From: a virus
IMG/VR virus record: IMGVR_UViG_3300044634_004833
Location: 32,001 to 96,000 of that record
Length of the DNA: 64,000 nt
Direction: 5' to 3' (one strand)
The translations under genes were made by a program, and so were the position numbers. The notes under the pieces were generated by a model, which was not told the DNA's origin, searched no databases, and saw only the letters and a program-made list of their open reading frames with translations. Below are positions 58,518 through 64,000 of this stretch, one piece after another; position 1 is the first letter of the stretch; the number at the start of each line of letters is the position of its first letter.

Positions 58518-61308
58518 ACAATTTATTTTATTATCAGAATCTTTAAACAAAGAAATTGAAGATTTTTTACTAAATGTCAAGAATATTGACAAAGTTGAGA
58601 TGCGCAAATTTATTGATGAATTAAAGGCATCTCCTGAAGAAATTGATAAAAAAGCAGCCTTTGCCAAGATGCAGGAAAAGTTTGGTTTTGCCAAAAAGAA
58701 AAATTTGCCAGACCCACCGAAAAATCCTGCCTTGCAATCTTATTACGATAATTTAGTTGATGGCAAAATAACAATCCCAGAGTATAAGATTGCTGCTCAT
58801 TATCAAAATGCTGCTGGATTAAGTGAAATAATGAGTTCTTTAAGAAGACTTGTGAATCAAGGAATTGTAAATTTACAATACAAAGATGGGCCTGAAATTA
58901 TATACGGAGATGAATCACTTAGAGATTTTGCAGATTCTACAAAGTTTGCTGCTTCTATTCATAAAATAGAATCACAAGCTGGGCTGGCAAAAAAAGAAAT
59001 AAAAGGTGGAACTGCAGATCCATATCTGTTGCAAATAAGCAACGAAGCAGACCAAGTGTGGCCTCCTGCTGGCACAAAAGATAATCCTAGCAACATTTAT
59101 GTGTTCAAAGCTGGATTTGATCCGCAAAAATGCAGATTGATGGGCAAAGGACAAGTTTGGTGCATCTCTAGCTCTCATTTCAAAAAATGGACTATGGCAT
59201 ATAGAATAAACAGAGGTCAAGTTCAATACTTTATTTTTGATTTAAACAAAGACAAAGATGATCCAACACGTTATGTAAATGCAGGTGTTGCAGAATCAGA
59301 AGAGGCAGAAGATGAAGATTATGATACATCTACACTCATGGGAGGCGAATGGGTTGATGCCAGAAATCATCCAGATGAAATAGAAGGTTATTCAAGCGTT
59401 GAAGAGTATGAAAGGTATTTGGCCAGCAAAGGAGTTCCTGTTGAAAAAGTTTTTGTGCCAGAACCACTAAGTGATGATGAAAAAAAATTAAAAACATATT
59501 TAAAACAACAAAACTGGAAGGAAGCCAAAGCTTTAAGCACGGAGCTTTGGGAAGCCTACATATTGTTATCAGATAGACTGCCAGATGAAGCTTACAATAC
59601 GCTTTCTGAAGAACAAAAAACAACTTTTAGACATGGTAAATTACAAACTTTAACTACAAAGCAAATAAGCGATGCTGTTGGTGAAAGGAAAAATAATAAG
59701 AGGAATTTCAAAGAATGGGTAAAAAGCTTATTATTGTACGATATGACAGTCGAGGATATGCTGGGACTAGTTCCCGAAAATGAACAATATGAATTTATGG
59801 ACGAATTTTTAGGATCTGTTCAAGATGGAACTCTTACCAAATTACTTTCACATGGATTAAGAACTATTAATAATAAACAATTTTCAGATTTGCTTATAAA
59901 GCATAGTGAAAAATTTGACAACTCAGCTTATATTGACATGCTTATTTCTAAAGGAATAACAGAGTTTTCTCCAGAAAATATAAAAGTAATTGAAAATATG
60001 CCAGAATATAATTTTGGCAATAGCATGCTTAGTCTTATGCCTGATAAAGGCGGGGATGAAAATTCTGAGACGATGTTTTGGAGTTTGGTTGAAAACCATG
60101 CTGATGTTGTGGCCAAAAAGCTTTCTAAAAACAAAATTTTGTATTCAAATATTTTGAACCTTTTTGGTGATTATAAAATGTTCACAAAGTTTTTTAATGC
60201 AATAAATCCAGAGATTATGAAATATTTGGGTGGCAAGATAGAATCTTCTCTAGATTGGATGTCTCATTCTGACTTGAAAAATTTGCTTAATAAAAGTAAT
60301 AGCGATATCGTAAAATTTATTTACGATAATACAAATGAATATACTCATAGGAAATTATCTCCATTTTTTGACGAAGGAAATAACGATACAGCTAAATTGT
60401 CTCATCTAAAACATGCTAAATATAACTTTGAAAATGGCGAATTATTAAATGGGATTTTAAATTCCAAAAACCCTTTGAGTTTTATATCTGACATAGGTGT
60501 TGAAAAGTTTAGAAAACTTCTATGGTATCCCGAATTCATTGTGAAGGCTATTGAAGTTTTGAATAGAACAAGATCAATTTCACAAAATGATATTTATGAT
60601 TTGATATCCACTGAAACTTTAGACAATTTAGGCTATGAAGACATAAAAAATCTTTTGAAAAAACTACATTTTGATCAAATGTCAGAGTCCAAACTTGTAG
60701 ATTACCTGTTGCAAAGATTAATTGGAATGGAAGTATCTGGAGGAAAGAAAATAGAGTCTAGCAAAGAGGATAGAATCGCTGAATTATTAAATTCTATTCA
60801 TAGTCTGGATAATTCTCTATCTGTTTCAAAATTGCAAAAGCTAAAGAATATGGCTGGCGACAGTGTGTGGAATAATATAAAGCCACAAGCTGTGGCAGAA
60901 TTTTTGCTTAGATTGCCGGAACTACGTTTAAACGAATCAACTATAAATGAAATAGCAAATTTGTTTAATTTGCAATCTTTGGAATCTTTGCCAGTTTCCA
61001 TTTTGGTGAAACTGCTTGATAAGCTTCCAAATTTAAATTACACCAATGGATTTTACCAAGCTATAAAAAATGATCTTGGTTCGTACATGAGATACATGCC
61101 ACCCTTTGTTGTGCTTCTTCTTGATAAAGCAAAAGGCAAAATAGTTTTATCGCCAGCAGAAATTGCCGATTTGATAAACAAAAAGGAATTTACTGCTGTT
61201 GAGACAATAAAAAGGCTGGGCAAGGAACGAATGACCCCGCAGGTTGTTGCGCTTTTGAAGCCAAAAATCAGGGATTATTATCAAAGCGATATGCTTCCGA
61301 GGATGTAG
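58507..61308 (+). CDS. large hypothetical protein, putative head-packaged
   Basis: N-terminus MHFKQFILLSES; internal WCIS..YR..YFIFD domain; helical C-terminus. Confidence 0.65.
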   Translation: MHFKQFILLSESLNKEIEDFLLNVKNIDKVEMRKFIDELKASPEEIDKKAAFAKMQEKFGFAKKKNLPDPPKNPALQSYYDNLVDGKITIPEYKIAAHYQNAAGLSEIMSSLRRLVNQGIVNLQYKDGPEIIYGDESLRDFADSTKFAASIHKIESQAGLAKKEIKGGTADPYLLQISNEADQVWPPAGTKDNPSNIYVFKAGFDPQKCRLMGKGQVWCISSSHFKKWTMAYRINRGQVQYFIFDLNKDKDDPTRYVNAGVAESEEAEDEDYDTSTLMGGEWVDARNHPDEIEGYSSVEEYERYLASKGVPVEKVFVPEPLSDDEKKLKTYLKQQNWKEAKALSTELWEAYILLSDRLPDEAYNTLSEEQKTTFRHGKLQTLTTKQISDAVGERKNNKRNFKEWVKSLLLYDMTVEDMLGLVPENEQYEFMDEFLGSVQDGTLTKLLSHGLRTINNKQFSDLLIKHSEKFDNSAYIDMLISKGITEFSPENIKVIENMPEYNFGNSMLSLMPDKGGDENSETMFWSLVENHADVVAKKLSKNKILYSNILNLFGDYKMFTKFFNAINPEIMKYLGGKIESSLDWMSHSDLKNLLNKSNSDIVKFIYDNTNEYTHRKLSPFFDEGNNDTAKLSHLKHAKYNFENGELLNGILNSKNPLSFISDIGVEKFRKLLWYPEFIVKAIEVLNRTRSISQNDIYDLISTETLDNLGYEDIKNLLKKLHFDQMSESKLVDYLLQRLIGMEVSGGKKIESSKEDRIAELLNSIHSLDNSLSVSKLQKLKNMAGDSVWNNIKPQAVAEFLLRLPELRLNESTINEIANLFNLQSLESLPVSILVKLLDKLPNLNYTNGFYQAIKNDLGSYMRYMPPFVVLLLDKAKGKIVLSPAEIADLINKKEFTAVETIKRLGKERMTPQVVALLKPKIRDYYQSDMLPRM

Positions 61309-61359
61309 TTTCGTCAACCACCCCCTATAATTTAAATAAAATCAAGGAGGACAACAATC

Positions 61360-61881
61360 ATGAAATTTAAAATTACGATCTTTTTGACGGCTATGCCTTT
61401 TATACTTTTTATTCTGCAAAGTCAGACACAGTTTTCAAAAATTAATGATAAAAACATAAAGTTGGAAAATGAAGTAGCAGTATTAAAAAGCGAATTAAAT
61501 AATCTTCAAGAAACAACGATTGTCAAAATGTTTCAATCCGCAGAAGAAGCAAAAAAGAAAGCTTTGGATATGCTTGACCAGAATATTCAAATTTATAAAA
61601 AAAATGAAGAGTTTAGAATAAAACTATTAAAAGAGTTGGCTGAAGCTTCTGATACTGCCAACAAATATGTTGAAGCCTATGCCAAAAATATTGATTTGGG
61701 AGAATATGGCAAAATGGAACTGATTGCTACTGCTTCTCCAAAAAAGAGGAAACAATTAGAATCGGCTATTGAAAATACTATTAGGCATACAACAGAAGAA
61801 CAAAGAGAGAAGGATATTGAATTGAAGAAACATTTGTATGAAGCTAAAAAAGCATTGCATAATATTAAGAATAATTTTTAG
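61360..61881 (+). CDS. membrane-anchored/secreted coiled-coil protein
   Basis: hydrophobic N-terminus; CCCCC-TATAAT (61321-61331) and SD AAGGAGG. Confidence 0.6.
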   Translation: MKFKITIFLTAMPFILFILQSQTQFSKINDKNIKLENEVAVLKSELNNLQETTIVKMFQSAEEAKKKALDMLDQNIQIYKKNEEFRIKLLKELAEASDTANKYVEAYAKNIDLGEYGKMELIATASPKKRKQLESAIENTIRHTTEEQREKDIELKKHLYEAKKALHNIKNNF

Positions 61882-62294
61882 TCTTCTTCTTCTCCTTCAA
61901 GATCTTCTAATTCCAAATGTGAGTCCTCTATTTCACCACAGAAAACACCAAATTTACTAGATAGATGCCCAACTACTTCGATAGGAACTCTGCTGAAAAA
62001 CAATCCTTGGTTTTGATTATTGCATTTATGCTTTTTCAATTCTTTTTTGCCAATCTTAACAAGATGGTAGTCTTTGTCTAACAATCTATCTAAAATGTTT
62101 AAAAATATTATTGGATTGCCATCTACAAATATGGGCTCAAGACTTTTATTTTCTTCATCAAAACAACAATATGCATACTTGTCATCAAGGTATTCAAAAG
62201 TAATAAATTTTATTTTTTCATCAAGACATTCTAAAATTTGTTTAAACCAAGATTTTTCATGCTGCACAAGTGGAATAAGTTTTAGTTTTTCCAT
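61878..62294 (-). CDS. hypothetical protein
   Basis: TAAATA-N5-ATG. Confidence 0.55.
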   Translation of the reverse strand: MEKLKLIPLVQHEKSWFKQILECLDEKIKFITFEYLDDKYAYCCFDEENKSLEPIFVDGNPIIFLNILDRLLDKDYHLVKIGKKELKKHKCNNQNQGLFFSRVPIEVVGHLSSKFGVFCGEIEDSHLELEDLEGEEED

Positions 62295-62368
62295 ACCTCT
62301 ATTTATGGGTTTTGTTAATTTTTATTTATTCAGAAACTATAAATAGAATATACTTTGTGGAGATAGAA

Positions 62369-64000
62369 ATGAAGAATTTAGAGGGTTGCACATTCATCGA
62401 ATGGCTCAAAATTGATGAAAACATGGTTTTTATGACAGAAGCAGAAGATACTAATCCAAAAGATACTGATCCAAAAGATACTGATCCAAAAGATACTGAT
62501 CCAAACGCTAAAGGTGAAATTGCTACCGATCCAAAAGCAGGACATACTTTATTTGTTGTTCAAAATAAAAATACGGGCAAAATTTATGCTGCAAGACCAT
62601 TTTTTCCAATTGGAACAAGTAATATTTCTTTTGGAGAAAAAACTATAAACTTCCAAAAAGGTAAGATTTCTTTTGTTCTTAAAATTGAAGAATTTAAAAA
62701 AGAATATCAATTTATGGCAGAAAAAAGCGCTCCAAACAAACCAATAAAATTCAGTTCAAGGAAAGGTTTTATATATGATGCTGTTAATCCAATTTTTGAC
62801 GGATTCATATATCCTGCGAGATTTTGCAGGATGGAATTAGTTCCCGTTATTGACGGTAAGCAGACAGCAGCAAATACTACAAACATTCCTGTTGTAGACA
62901 CAACTGGATACAATCCTTGCAAAGATAAAGAAGAAGCTCCCAAACCTGGTACTGCTGGAGCTAGTGCTGCCGTTGCTAAACAACCAGAAAGCAATGATAA
63001 AAAATCTGGCGATCAAGCTGATGTAAAAGTACATGTAAATGAATTAGATGAAGATTGCAAAATGAAGCTTGGAGACCCTGAAAAGAAATTTGTTGATGAA
63101 GCTTTTTATAATGTTTTAAAATCTGGCAAGCGTGGAAATATTGTTGTTAATGCTTTGGCAGGTTCTGGCAAAACTAGTACACTTGTTTGTCTCTGGGAAA
63201 AGTATGGAATGTATAGTGGTCAAAGATGGTTGTATTTAGTTTTTAATAAAAAAAATCAACTAGAAGCAGCAGAAAGATTTAGATCAGTTGACCAGAAAGA
63301 ATTAACAAGTGCAAAAGGTGAAAAATATATTGTTAACAATGATATTATCATTAAAACTACAAATAAGTTTTTAGGCGATGTATTGAAGCAAACCCCTGGA
63401 TATCATGTTCCAAGAACTGAAAGAAGTGGCGATGCCTTTTTAGCTGGGCAAAAGTTTGATGATAAAGGAACCCCTTTGCCACTCAGAAAAAAATATGAAC
63501 AAATAACAAAGATTGCAGTTGCACAAGATACAGTAGAATTTGACAATCTTGTAGAAGATTCCAGTTTGCCAAAATATGATGTTGTGAAAAACAAATTGTC
63601 ATCTAATAGGGTAGACACTAGATATTCTGCTTTGGGCGGCAAAGGTTTGTCTTTTGTAAAAAGACAAAGGAAAGCTATTATCGAAGCATCGGAAAAACTT
63701 GCAAATTTATCAAAACAATTTGGGGCAGATCCATTTGATAATAAAAAACTAGAAGAAAAATTAGATAACATTCTTGACAGATATGATATTTCTATAAACC
63801 TTAGTAAGGTTATGGAAGGTTGGTATGAAATTCCTAATAATCGCTTTTTTTCTACGGAGTATAGGAATTTGTGGTACCACGTTAATTCTTTTATTGAAGA
63901 TATTTCATTAAAAGAAAAATTAGATATTATTAAGCAGTTGGCAAAATGGCTATTAATAAAAACTGCTCCAGGCAATAAAGATTTAAATGATGCGCCACTT
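62369..64000 (+). CDS. UvrD/REP-like SF1 helicase with long N-terminal extension (truncated by the window end; not in track)
   Basis: frame from the ATG at 62369 appears open to the window end; Walker A VNALAGSGKTST (~63146-63181); motif Ia LYLVFNKKN. Confidence 0.8.
   Translation, partial: MKNLEGCTFIEWLKIDENMVFMTEAEDTNPKDTDPKDTDPKDTDPNAKGEIATDPKAGHTLFVVQNKNTGKIYAARPFFPIGTSNISFGEKTINFQKGKISFVLKIEEFKKEYQFMAEKSAPNKPIKFSSRKGFIYDAVNPIFDGFIYPARFCRMELVPVIDGKQTAANTTNIPVVDTTGYNPCKDKEEAPKPGTAGASAAVAKQPESNDKKSGDQADVKVHVNELDEDCKMKLGDPEKKFVDEAFYNVLKSGKRGNIVVNALAGSGKTSTLVCLWEKYGMYSGQRWLYLVFNKKNQLEAAERFRSVDQKELTSAKGEKYIVNNDIIIKTTNKFLGDVLKQTPGYHVPRTERSGDAFLAGQKFDDKGTPLPLRKKYEQITKIAVAQDTVEFDNLVEDSSLPKYDVVKNKLSSNRVDTRYSALGGKGLSFVKRQRKAIIEASEKLANLSKQFGADPFDNKKLEEKLDNILDRYDISINLSKVMEGWYEIPNNRFFSTEYRNLWYHVNSFIEDISLKEKLDIIKQLAKWLLIKTAPGNKDLNDAPL
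62445..62505 (+). repeat. 15-bp tandem repeat (DTDPK x4)
   Basis: AAGATACT(A/G)ATCCAA four times, in frame. Confidence 0.9.

Noticed and set aside
62445-62505. Short direct repeats as a possible CRISPR array
   Set aside because: Contiguous 15-bp in-frame coding repeats with no spacers; the Thr-linker repeats at 12313-17910 are rejected for the same reason
62707-63975. Minus-strand ORFs of 95, 65 and 190 aa in the track
   Set aside because: Antisense to the helicase ORF, which has clear motifs
1-64000. Interpretation as a bacterial (e.g. reduced-genome) chromosome or a eukaryotic giant virus
   Set aside because: Housekeeping genes lack their operon partners (infC without rpmI/rplT, clpX without clpP, groES without groEL). 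Bacterial SDs, sigma factors and T4-like late features point to a large phage, although no capsid or terminase gene is in the window to prove it

Overview
AT-rich, densely coding 64-kb segment that looks like part of a large (jumbo/huge) tailed phage genome rather than a cellular chromosome. It holds isolated host-like genes without their usual partners (bS21, peptide deformylase, IF3, GroES, DnaJ, dUTPase, PhoH, CsrA, ClpX, GMP reductase, ParB and three sigma-70-like factors). It also encodes a BppU-like baseplate protein, two large RCC1/beta-propeller/Kelch-like fibre proteins with Thr/Ser linkers (1024 and 3159 aa), an IS607-like element reduced to HTH + catalytically intact TnpB, an ~11-kb sugar-nucleotide/glycosyl-/methyltransferase island, and a UvrD-like helicase that runs off the right end. 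Several protein styles suggest a Planctomycetota host (inference). The main pattern seen in the raw DNA is two classes of gene start. Putative early genes have a TTGTWT-N16-(CCC/CCG)TAWWAT promoter and a strong Shine-Dalgarno. Putative late genes have a T4-like TAAATA box only 4-5 nt before the ATG, i.e. predicted leaderless mRNAs, and many of them encode a T4-like capsid-targeting motif ([KST]F[KS]E[WYF]). Together with phage bS21, IF3, PDF and CsrA this suggests a translational switch from SD-led to leaderless mRNAs (hypothesis). No rRNA, convincing tRNA or CRISPR array was seen. All family calls are by motif recognition only; no database searches were run.
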